The notes under the pieces are model-generated. The model searched no databases and was not told the DNA's origin. It saw nothing but the letters and a program-made list of their open reading frames with translations. Position numbers and translations under genes: made by a program. Positions 47,545 through 55,260 of a DNA stretch of 64,000 nt are shown here, piece by piece (position 1 is the stretch's first letter; each line of letters begins with the position of its first letter). The stretch covers positions 64,001 through 128,000 of the forward strand of contig JASFLY010000004.1 of assembly GCA_050117845.1 (NCBI GenBank). The letters run 5' to 3'. This stretch comes from Candidatus Zixiibacteriota bacterium (GTDB lineage: Bacteria; RBG-13-66-14; B26-G2; WVWN01).

Positions 47545-48516
47545 ATGAGGGCAACGACGATAATAACGGCCGCGGTGCTGGCGGCGAGTTGGGCGTGCGG
47601 CACCTGCTACAATTTCGAAGGGAAGTGGGGCAGCGAGGGGTCCGGCAACGGCGAATTCCAGGGCCCCGGGGACATATTCCTTGCCCCCAACGGTACCGTC
47701 TACGTCGTCGACGCCGGGAATCACCGCGTTCAATACTTCACGCCGGCCGGCAGCTACCTCGGCCAGTGGGGCAGCCGCGGCTCGGGCCCCGGCGAACTCG
47801 AATTCCCTTCGGGCCTTACGGTAACGCCCGGGGGCCGCGTATACGTAGTGGATGGCAGCAACAACAGTCGGATCCAGTACTTCACGCTTACCGGTAGTTA
47901 CCTCGGCGGCTGGGGATCGCGGGGAAGCGGCCCCGGCCAGTTCTACGATCCCGCAAGCGTAACCGCAATCTCTAACGGCAACGTTTACGTCTCCGAGTGT
48001 ATGAATCATCGCGTGCAGTATTTTACGTCGAACGGGAGTTACCTCGGCATGTGGGGGTCGAAAGGAGAGGCGGCGGGGCAATTCAGATGGCCGGACGGGA
48101 TAGCCGTTTCGCCCGGGGCCGGGGATATATACGTCGCGGACAACGGCGATCACCGTATACAGGTCTTCACGACGACGGGCGGCTTTATCCGCCAAATAGG
48201 GAAGTTCGGTTCCGGTAACGGCGAATTCGTTGGACCCCGGGGCGTTTGTTTCAGCTCCGACGGCCGGATGTACGTGGCCGATACGGGGAATCATTACATG
48301 CAGTATTTCAACGCCGCCGGCAGTTTCCTGGGCCGGTGGGGGTGGTACGGAAGCGCCGACGGCCAATTCATCAGTCCGATCGCCGTAGCTACGACGTCGG
48401 CCGGGGACCTGGTTTACGTCGCGGATTGGGGGAATGACCGGATCCAGTATTTCCGGGAATCGCCCACGCAAATCGCGCCGACGTCGCTGGGGAAGATAAA
48501 AGCGCTTTTCGAATAA
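47545..48516 (+). CDS. Secreted NHL beta-propeller 3, tail IAPTSLGKIKALFE
   Basis: Signal peptide, six NHL repeats; closest paralog of gene 5. Confidence 0.9.
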   Translation: MRATTIITAAVLAASWACGTCYNFEGKWGSEGSGNGEFQGPGDIFLAPNGTVYVVDAGNHRVQYFTPAGSYLGQWGSRGSGPGELEFPSGLTVTPGGRVYVVDGSNNSRIQYFTLTGSYLGGWGSRGSGPGQFYDPASVTAISNGNVYVSECMNHRVQYFTSNGSYLGMWGSKGEAAGQFRWPDGIAVSPGAGDIYVADNGDHRIQVFTTTGGFIRQIGKFGSGNGEFVGPRGVCFSSDGRMYVADTGNHYMQYFNAAGSFLGRWGWYGSADGQFISPIAVATTSAGDLVYVADWGNDRIQYFRESPTQIAPTSLGKIKALFE

Positions 48517-48560
48517 CCGCAGGTGGGTCGATAGGGGTCGACGTTTTTAAGGGAGACGAG

Positions 48561-49541
48561 ATGAAAACGCGAACGAATACGGTAAAGCTAATATGGGTCG
48601 TAGCTGTTCTGACGGCCTCGGCCGCCGGCGCTTATTCTCCGTGGACGTACGAATTTGAGTGGGGCCGGGAAGGTTCCGGCCAGGGCGAGTTCCGGGAACC
48701 GTGGGGGATAGCCAAGACCACGGGGACCGGCGACGTTTACGTGGCGGACACGGGGAATCACCGCGTTCAATGCTTCACCCGGCGCGGTTTGTGGTTGAGG
48801 CAGTGGGGAGAGTTCGGCGGGGGTACGGGGCAATTCCGGAATCCGAAGGGGATAGCCGTATCCTCGGGCGGCCGTATTTTCGTGGCGGATACCGGCAACC
48901 ACCGCGTCCAATATTTCTCCGCGAGCGGTTCTTTCCTCGGGTCATGGGGCTCGGAGGGCGGCGGGAACGGCCAGTTCCGGAGCCCGGCCGGCCTGACGTT
49001 TTCCCCGGCCGGCGACGTTTACGTGGCCGACACCGGCAACGACCGCGTCCAGTACTTCACGTCGACGGGGAGTTTCCTCGGCAAGTGGGGCGCTCCCGGT
49101 TCCGGCCTAAAACAGTTCGACGGGCCGGAGGGGATTACCATCGGAAACGACGGCCGCGTCTTCGTGGTCGATACCGGTAATAACCGGATCCAGTGCTACA
49201 CCGTTACGGGCGATTTCCTGGGGATGTGGGGCTCGTACGGCTCCGGGGACGACCAGTTCAATACGCCCGGCGGCGCTTTCGTCCCCGAATACGCAAGGGT
49301 TTTCATCGCGGATACGGGCAACGACCGCGTCCAGGTATTCCAACGCAACGGCGCATTTTATTGCAGTATGGGAAGCGGCGGTTCGGGGCCGGCGCAATTC
49401 CGGGCGCCCCGCGGCGTCGCCGGCAGCCAGGATTGGTACATATACGTCCTGGATACGGGTAACAACCGCGTCCAGTACTTCGAAAACCGCCTCGGGATTA
49501 CGCCCGCGTCCCTCGGCCGGATCAAAGCGCTGTTCGACTAA
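48561..49541 (+). CDS. Secreted NHL beta-propeller 4, tail ITPASLGRIKALFD
   Basis: Signal peptide, NHL repeats; closest paralog of gene 6. Confidence 0.9.
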   Translation: MKTRTNTVKLIWVVAVLTASAAGAYSPWTYEFEWGREGSGQGEFREPWGIAKTTGTGDVYVADTGNHRVQCFTRRGLWLRQWGEFGGGTGQFRNPKGIAVSSGGRIFVADTGNHRVQYFSASGSFLGSWGSEGGGNGQFRSPAGLTFSPAGDVYVADTGNDRVQYFTSTGSFLGKWGAPGSGLKQFDGPEGITIGNDGRVFVVDTGNNRIQCYTVTGDFLGMWGSYGSGDDQFNTPGGAFVPEYARVFIADTGNDRVQVFQRNGAFYCSMGSGGSGPAQFRAPRGVAGSQDWYIYVLDTGNNRVQYFENRLGITPASLGRIKALFD

Positions 49542-49626
49542 CTCGATTACGCGAAACATCCCCGCCCGGCTCCGGCCGGGCGGTCTTATTTGACCTTCCC
49601 GGCGTTTGGGTAGTATGCTTGACATA
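49540..49626 (+). repeat. Terminator-promoter cassette, copy 3
   Basis: AACTCGATT..GCGAAAC, CGCCCGGC/GCCGGGCG, TTGACC-18-TATGCT, TGACATA. Confidence 0.8.
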
Positions 49627-49655
49627 TAAGAGACGGAGGACTGGAGGTTCCTACG

Positions 49656-50624
49656 ATGAGGGTAACCGCGTTGATAACGGCCGCGATACTGGCGGCGAGT
49701 TGGGCGTGCGGCACCTGCTACAATTTCGAAGGGAAGTGGGGCAGCGAGGGGTCCGGCAACGGCGAATTCCAGGGCCCCGCGGACGTATTCCTGGCCCCTG
49801 GCGGGACTGTCTACGTGGTCGATACTTATAATGACCGTATCCAATATTTCACGCCGACCGGCAGCTATTTGGGCCAGTGGGACGGTATGGGGGGAGGGGC
49901 GGGTAAATTCGATGACCCGTCCGAACTGGCGGTAACCCCCGGCGGCAGGGTATACGTAGCGGATAGCTATAACGACCGGGTCCAATATTTCACGCTTACG
50001 GGGAGTTACTTGGGCCAGTGGGGAACCTCGGGAAGCGGCCCCGGCCAGTTCGAATACCCGGAAGGTATTGCCGCGGCCGGGAACGGCGACGTCTATGTCT
50101 CAGATCGGATGAATTATCGCGTACAGTATTTCACGTCGGACGGGAGTTTCCTCGGTTCTTGGGGTTCGCGGGGGAGCGGCCCCGGCCAGTTCGATTGGCT
50201 TTTAGGAATCGCTATTTCCCCGGGGGCAGGGGAGGTATACATCGTGGAACGCGGAAATCACCGGATACAGGTTTTTACGCCGGCGGGTAGTTTTATCCGC
50301 GTAATCGGGAAGTTCGGCTCCGGTAACGGCGAATTCGTTTTTCCCGAGGATTTACATTTTAGTTCGGACGGCCGTTTGTACGTGGCCGATACGGGGAATC
50401 ATTACATGCAGTATTTCGACGCCGCCGGCGGCTTCCTGGGCCGGTGGGGATGGTACGGGACGGGCGACGGCGAGTTCCGTTTTCCCAGCGGTGTCGCGGT
50501 AACGCCGGACGGTTCCCGCGTCTACGTGGCCGATTGGGGGAATCACCGGATACAGTATTTCCGGCCGTCGCCTACGCTAATCGTTCCGGCGTCGTTAGGG
50601 ACAATAAAAGCGCTTTTCGATTAA
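49656..50624 (+). CDS. Secreted NHL beta-propeller 5, tail IVPASLGTIKALFD
   Basis: GGAGG RBS, signal peptide, six NHL repeats. Confidence 0.9.
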   Translation: MRVTALITAAILAASWACGTCYNFEGKWGSEGSGNGEFQGPADVFLAPGGTVYVVDTYNDRIQYFTPTGSYLGQWDGMGGGAGKFDDPSELAVTPGGRVYVADSYNDRVQYFTLTGSYLGQWGTSGSGPGQFEYPEGIAAAGNGDVYVSDRMNYRVQYFTSDGSFLGSWGSRGSGPGQFDWLLGIAISPGAGEVYIVERGNHRIQVFTPAGSFIRVIGKFGSGNGEFVFPEDLHFSSDGRLYVADTGNHYMQYFDAAGGFLGRWGWYGTGDGEFRFPSGVAVTPDGSRVYVADWGNHRIQYFRPSPTLIVPASLGTIKALFD

Positions 50625-50665
50625 GGATGGCCTCGTCGCCGCGGGCGACGTTTATCGGAGACAGA

Positions 50666-51637
50666 ATGAAAACGCGAACGCGTATATTGTTAGGGGTTGC
50701 GGCGGTCCTTGCGGCTTCGGTCGTCGGCGCCTGGACGCAATGGGAATTCAAGTTTGAATGGGGCCGCGAAGGGTCCGGCCCGGGCGAGTTCGACGGGCCG
50801 TGCGGGATAGCCAAGATCCCGTCGGGCGACGTTTACGTGGCGGATACGGGGAATAACCGCGTTCAGTACTTCACGCGGCTCGGTACATGGCTGGGGCAGT
50901 GGGGTTCCTTCGGCGGGGCGGCGGGCCGCTTCCGAAATCCGACGGGTATAGTCGTGACCTCAAACGGCCGCGTTTATATTGCGGATACCGGCAACCACCG
51001 CATCCAATATTTCACCGCGAGCGGTTCTTTCCTCGGGGCGTGGGGGGCGGAGGGCGGCGGCGACGGCCAATTCCGGAGCCCGACCGGCCTGGCCCTATCG
51101 CCGGCCGGAAACGTTTACGTGGCCGACGCCGGCAACGACCGCATTCAATATTTCACGACGGCGGGGAGTTTTCTCGGTAAGTGGGGCGCTTCCGGTTCCG
51201 GCCCAAAGCAGTTCGATGGGCCGGAGGGAATTACCGTCGGAACCGACGGCCGCGTCTTCGTAGCCGACACCGGTAATCACCGGATCCAATGCTACACCGT
51301 GGACGGCGACTTCCTGGGGATGTGGGGTTCGTACGGTTCGGAAGACGAGCAGTTTTACTTCCCGAGGGGCGTATTCGTTCCCGAATACTCGCCGGTTTTC
51401 GTCGCGGATACGGGCAACGACCGCATCCAGGTATATCAACGGCACGGCGCGTTCTATACGAATATGGGTACCGGGGGATCGGGGCCGGGGCAATTCCGGG
51501 CGCCCCGCGGCGTCGCCGGCGACGAAGGTTGGAGAGTTTACGTCCTGGATACCGGCAACCACCGCGTCCAATATTTAGAGAACCGTTCGGCCGTAGCGCC
51601 GACGTCGCTCGGCCGTATCAAGGCGCTGTTCGATTAA
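50666..51637 (+). CDS. Secreted NHL beta-propeller 6, tail VAPTSLGRIKALFD
   Basis: Start MKTRTRILL matches gene 4 (MKTRTNTV); GGAG RBS; NHL repeats. Confidence 0.9.
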   Translation: MKTRTRILLGVAAVLAASVVGAWTQWEFKFEWGREGSGPGEFDGPCGIAKIPSGDVYVADTGNNRVQYFTRLGTWLGQWGSFGGAAGRFRNPTGIVVTSNGRVYIADTGNHRIQYFTASGSFLGAWGAEGGGDGQFRSPTGLALSPAGNVYVADAGNDRIQYFTTAGSFLGKWGASGSGPKQFDGPEGITVGTDGRVFVADTGNHRIQCYTVDGDFLGMWGSYGSEDEQFYFPRGVFVPEYSPVFVADTGNDRIQVYQRHGAFYTNMGTGGSGPGQFRAPRGVAGDEGWRVYVLDTGNHRVQYLENRSAVAPTSLGRIKALFD

Positions 51638-51720
51638 AACTCGATTGCGCGAAACGTTCCCGCCCGGCCTCGGCCGGGCGTATTTATATTTGACCTTCTT
51701 GTCCGGTCAGTAGTATACTT
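51638..51720 (+). repeat. Terminator-promoter cassette, copy 4
   Basis: AACTCGATT..GCGAAAC, CGCCCGGCC/GGCCGGGCG, TTGACC-18-TATACT. Confidence 0.8.
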
Positions 51721-51791
51721 AATAAACGTGAGCGGAGCATAAGGCCCGATTTTAAAATAGACATTTCCCGCAAAGAACCGGAGGTTCCCAT

Positions 51792-51908
51792 ATGGCCAAG
51801 GGCAGAGATCGCGGCAAGGACCAGAAGGGCGGAAAGAAGAAGAAACTCAAGGCCAAGAAGACGAAGGATAAAGAGGAGAAGCGCGAGCGGCGCACGTGGA
51901 ACAGGTAG
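51792..51908 (+). CDS. 38-aa Lys/Arg-rich small protein (not in ORF track)
   Basis: MAKGRDRGKDQKGGKKKKLKAKKTKDKEEKRERRTWNR. GGAGG RBS 7 nt upstream, G/C third positions, promoter cassette upstream. Confidence 0.7.
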   Translation: MAKGRDRGKDQKGGKKKKLKAKKTKDKEEKRERRTWNR

Positions 51909-52100
51909 CGCGGCCGCCCGGCGTTATAACGCCGCCGTTTGAATTGCGATACCTCGACGTTTAATAGCGCCGGCCTTGACGGGCCGGCGTTTCGTATTGT
52001 TCCCGCCCCCCCCTTGACCCGGCGAAAACCCATACTATAATTACAAAAATCGCCTCGAGCGGCGAAATACTCGCCTATTGATTTCGGAAAATAATCGGGG

Positions 52101-52640
52101 GTGGCTATGGGGGGGCCGGGGAGCGGCCGGCATTTGCCGGCCGTCAAAACGACGGTGGAGGAGTGCGCCTGGCATCTCGACTTGAGCCGGTGGTATCGCC
52201 ACGGCGTCATCCGGCCGGGCGCTTATACCAAGGGCGTGTGGTCGCGGCCTCCGGGTGCCGGCGGGTCGGCCTCCGTCGGCTTCGAGGTCGACGCCCGTGA
52301 CCCCCGGGCCGCGTGGTACCGCCTCTTCTACCGGGTCGGCGGCGGGACGGCGGGGGAGCCGGGAGAGGTCGTCGACGAGCGGGCGCCCCTCGTCGTTACG
52401 AAGCCGTATCACGGCGGCGTCCGCTTCTGGTTCACCTGCCCCGGCTGCGGCCGGCGCGTCCGCAAGCTGTACCTTCCCCCGGGCCGGCGGCGGTTCCGCT
52501 GCCGGCATTGCTGCGACCTGACCTACCGCAGTCGCCGCGAAAGCCATTCCTACGACCGCGTCCTGCTGCTCTGCGCGCCGGAACTCGCGAAGCAGGGCCG
52601 CACGGCCACGGAAATCCGCAACATAATGCGCTTAAAGTGA
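52101..52640 (+). CDS. Hypothetical Cys4 zinc-ribbon protein
   Basis: GG.GSGR N-terminus; GGVRFWFTCPGCGRRVRKLY...FRCRHCCDLTYRS. TTGACC-16-TATAAT upstream (52014-52041). Start may be ATG 52107. Confidence 0.72.
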   Translation: MAMGGPGSGRHLPAVKTTVEECAWHLDLSRWYRHGVIRPGAYTKGVWSRPPGAGGSASVGFEVDARDPRAAWYRLFYRVGGGTAGEPGEVVDERAPLVVTKPYHGGVRFWFTCPGCGRRVRKLYLPPGRRRFRCRHCCDLTYRSRRESHSYDRVLLLCAPELAKQGRTATEIRNIMRLK

Positions 52641-52837
52641 GAGGCCGCTTCCGTTTGCCTTCGCCCCCGCGACGCCGGTAAGATTGCGCGCCGACGGTTT
52701 CGCGGTCCGGGCGCTCCCTCCCATCTCGTGGCCGGCGATTTTGGCCCAAACTTTTTGATTTTCGCAATCCTATATAGTATAGTAAGAAGTGTTAACGAGG
52801 GGGTGCCCTACAACGTAGTATTATCAAAGGAGAGGCT

Positions 52838-54121
52838 ATGTTAAGGCGTACGTTATTTCTATTGACTATTATATGTATGGCTGTAGTCGCCGGCTACGGT
52901 ACAGCCGTTGCGGACGATAGTCCGGTCACCGCGGCCGAGGCGAACGGCCATAAGCCCGTAACCATGGAGCTAATAACGCTGGTGGCCAACAACCCCGAGG
53001 TCGGCGTTTTGCTCGAAAAATCCATTGCGGAGGCCAAGAAGGTCAATCCCGACCCGAAGACGAATCCGGTCCAGAGCCTGTCCGACTACTACTACTTCGT
53101 CGACCGGTCGTCCGAGCTTCTGCCGCAGGACATGCTTACGACGCCGTCGACTATGCCCATGCGCGATCGGATGCTGCAGGGTATCTGCTATTTTTATTTT
53201 TTAATCGACCAGCCTTTACCCGAACTGGAAGGCATGGGCCTGTTCAAGAATTCGCTCCAGTATTACGAACCGTTCGCCTCGTGGGCGCGCGATTTCGCCG
53301 TAACTCAGGGGCAGTACCTGGACACCGAGGCCTCGTGGAACGAGGACGTTTACAAAGCGATCTATAACGACCCGGAGTTCGGTTTGCAGACGGACTGGTA
53401 CGAATCGCCGTCCAACTGGAACACCTTCAATCGTTTCTTCGCCCGCTATCTGGCGTCGCCCGACAAGCGCCCGGTGGATTATCCGAACGATCCGTCCGTG
53501 GTCGTTGCCCCGGCCGATTCCGTGCCCCAGGGCATCTGGCCCATCGACGAGAATTCCCGGATAGTGGTCGACGGCGGCCTTAAGGTCAAGTTGGGAACGT
53601 ACTACAGCGTCGTGGACCTGCTGGGCTCGGAGAGCGAGTATAAGGACGCCTTCGCCGGCGGCGTGTTAACGCACACCTTCCTCAACGTCAACGACTATCA
53701 CCGCTATCACTTCGGCGTCGGCGGCGTGATCAAGGAGAAGATGAGCATCACGCGGAACGTGACGTTGGAGGTGACCTGGGACGGAGAAGAGAAGAAATAC
53801 GATCCCATCGATTCGACCGGCTGGCAGTTCTACCAGACCCGCGGTTACGTCATCGTCGATACCGGCGAGTTCGGCATGGTGGCCCTCATTCCCATGGGGA
53901 TGGCGCAGGTGTCCTCGGTCAACTTCGAGGATAACGTGAAGGTCGGCGCCACGCGCATGAAGGGCGATATGCTCGGTAATTTCTTCTTCGGCGGGTCCGA
54001 TTTCATCATGCTGTTCCAGAAGGACGCCGGCTTCGCTATAACGGCTCCCATGGAAAGCAAAACGGAATACAAGCACATCCTTACCGGCAAGGAGTACGGC
54101 CGGATGACCTCCGTGGAATAG
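52838..54121 (+). CDS. Phosphatidylserine-decarboxylase-family pyruvoyl enzyme with signal peptide
   Basis: TFNRFFAR.L, APADS, FLNVNDYHRYH, MAQVSS, KGD.LG.F.FGGS autocleavage site. Confidence 0.85.
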   Translation: MLRRTLFLLTIICMAVVAGYGTAVADDSPVTAAEANGHKPVTMELITLVANNPEVGVLLEKSIAEAKKVNPDPKTNPVQSLSDYYYFVDRSSELLPQDMLTTPSTMPMRDRMLQGICYFYFLIDQPLPELEGMGLFKNSLQYYEPFASWARDFAVTQGQYLDTEASWNEDVYKAIYNDPEFGLQTDWYESPSNWNTFNRFFARYLASPDKRPVDYPNDPSVVVAPADSVPQGIWPIDENSRIVVDGGLKVKLGTYYSVVDLLGSESEYKDAFAGGVLTHTFLNVNDYHRYHFGVGGVIKEKMSITRNVTLEVTWDGEEKKYDPIDSTGWQFYQTRGYVIVDTGEFGMVALIPMGMAQVSSVNFEDNVKVGATRMKGDMLGNFFFGGSDFIMLFQKDAGFAITAPMESKTEYKHILTGKEYGRMTSVE

Positions 54122-54157
54122 GCTCCCCCCGGCCGCGTAGTCTTCCTCCCGCAATAG

Positions 54158-54186
54158 AAAAGGGCCGGCGTTCGTGCCGGCCCTTT
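54158..54186. terminator. Bidirectional intrinsic terminator
   Basis: AAAAGGGCCGGCG-TT-CGTGCCGGCCCTTT between convergent genes. Confidence 0.8.
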
Positions 54187-54202
54187 GCGCGTTAATGTCG
54201 GC

Positions 54203-55099
54203 TTAGTGGAACAGGCCCTTGACTTTGCCCAGCGACGTCGGCTCCACGTGCGTGTCGGTGGTGGTGAACGACCATTCGTAGGTGGGCATCGCGTTGTCGA
54301 AGAGGTCCTTGCCGTCCACCTTGACGGTTACCACCGTGCCCCCGGGGAGTTGGCTGGTCGGGTCGAACGTTAAACGGAAGTCGAGAAAATTGCCGGAAAA
54401 GGAGAGGTCGCCCGGCACGACGGCGTCGCCCGGGACCGTTACCGATACCCGGACGGAATCGCGGTCCACGCCGGAACCGTCGTCCATCAGGTTGACCGCG
54501 ATGTCCGTATTGACGTTGACGCCGGTGGCGCCCGGCGCCGGGGTGGCGTTGAGGCAGTAGGGTGCGGCGGTATCGCCGTTGATCGTCCGGCGCAAGGCGT
54601 TTACTATCTCGGCCTCGGTAAAGCTGTCCGCTTCCATCCAGTAAATCTTGCCGGTGGTGCCGACGACGCTCGTCTGGCTGTCCCATTCGCTGCCCGGCAT
54701 CCGCCACGCGTAGAAGTCGCCGGCCTCGGCGTCCAGGAAGTCCTGCGGCAGGACGTGGGCGAAATATATATATTTATATTGGTATTGGGTGTACGCGTCG
54801 TCCCATCCGTTGTACGAAATTACTTCGACCCCCGCGCCTTCGTTGTGATAAGCGTCGTAGAGGCTTTCGAGTTGACCCAGCTCGTTTACGGACTGGCCGG
54901 AAGACGCCTTCCAGTGTACGACCACGACGCCCTTCCCCGAATAGGAATTGACGTCGAGCCACGGGCCGTGATAGCTCGGCGCCACGTTGTTGATCGTGTA
55001 GTTCGCGAGCGCGGGGTGGTCGTCTCCGACTTCCAACGGGACCGCCGGCCCCGCCGCGGCGGCCACCAGCGCGCCGACTATTAATATGTAACGGAACAT
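54203..55099 (-). CDS. Secreted protein: Cys-less thioredoxin/TlpA-like domain + Big_5/SbsA-type Ig domain, tail VEPTSLGKVKGLFH
   Basis: Signal peptide; LEVGD.P, YSGKGVVVVHWKASSGQSVNELGQLESLY; ATPAPGATGVNVNT.I...FDPTSQL...DLFDN.M..YEWSFTT. Confidence 0.75.
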   Translation of the reverse strand: MFRYILIVGALVAAAAGPAVPLEVGDDHPALANYTINNVAPSYHGPWLDVNSYSGKGVVVVHWKASSGQSVNELGQLESLYDAYHNEGAGVEVISYNGWDDAYTQYQYKYIYFAHVLPQDFLDAEAGDFYAWRMPGSEWDSQTSVVGTTGKIYWMEADSFTEAEIVNALRRTINGDTAAPYCLNATPAPGATGVNVNTDIAVNLMDDGSGVDRDSVRVSVTVPGDAVVPGDLSFSGNFLDFRLTFDPTSQLPGGTVVTVKVDGKDLFDNAMPTYEWSFTTTDTHVEPTSLGKVKGLFH

Positions 55100-55260
55100 A
55101 ACCAACCTCCTTTAAATAACGACGTCCCATCGTAGCCTCGCCCGGTACCGGCGTCAAGCATTATCCCTCTTCCCCTTGACCTTCCCCCGACTCCACCCTA
55201 TAATACGAGCTAACCGAACGACGTTCGAATCTCCCCGCCGGGGGAGATTAAGGAGGATAT

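Noticed and set aside
27286..51637. Diversity-generating retroelement acting on the paralog arrays
   Set aside because: No reverse transcriptase, and the differences I compared (small genes B and C) are not adenine-specific.
45157..51720. NHL array as an integron cassette array (TAAC after stops, hairpins between genes)
   Set aside because: No paired RYYYAAC/GTTRRRY boxes with extrahelical bases, the spacers contain promoters, and no integrase is in the window.
46135..51720. CRISPR-like repeats
   Set aside because: Repeats are degenerate and separated by 1-2 kb genes; no cas genes.
54885..54915. Selenocysteine recoding in the thioredoxin-like domain
   Set aside because: The codons at both Cys-equivalent positions are TCC (Ser), not TGA.
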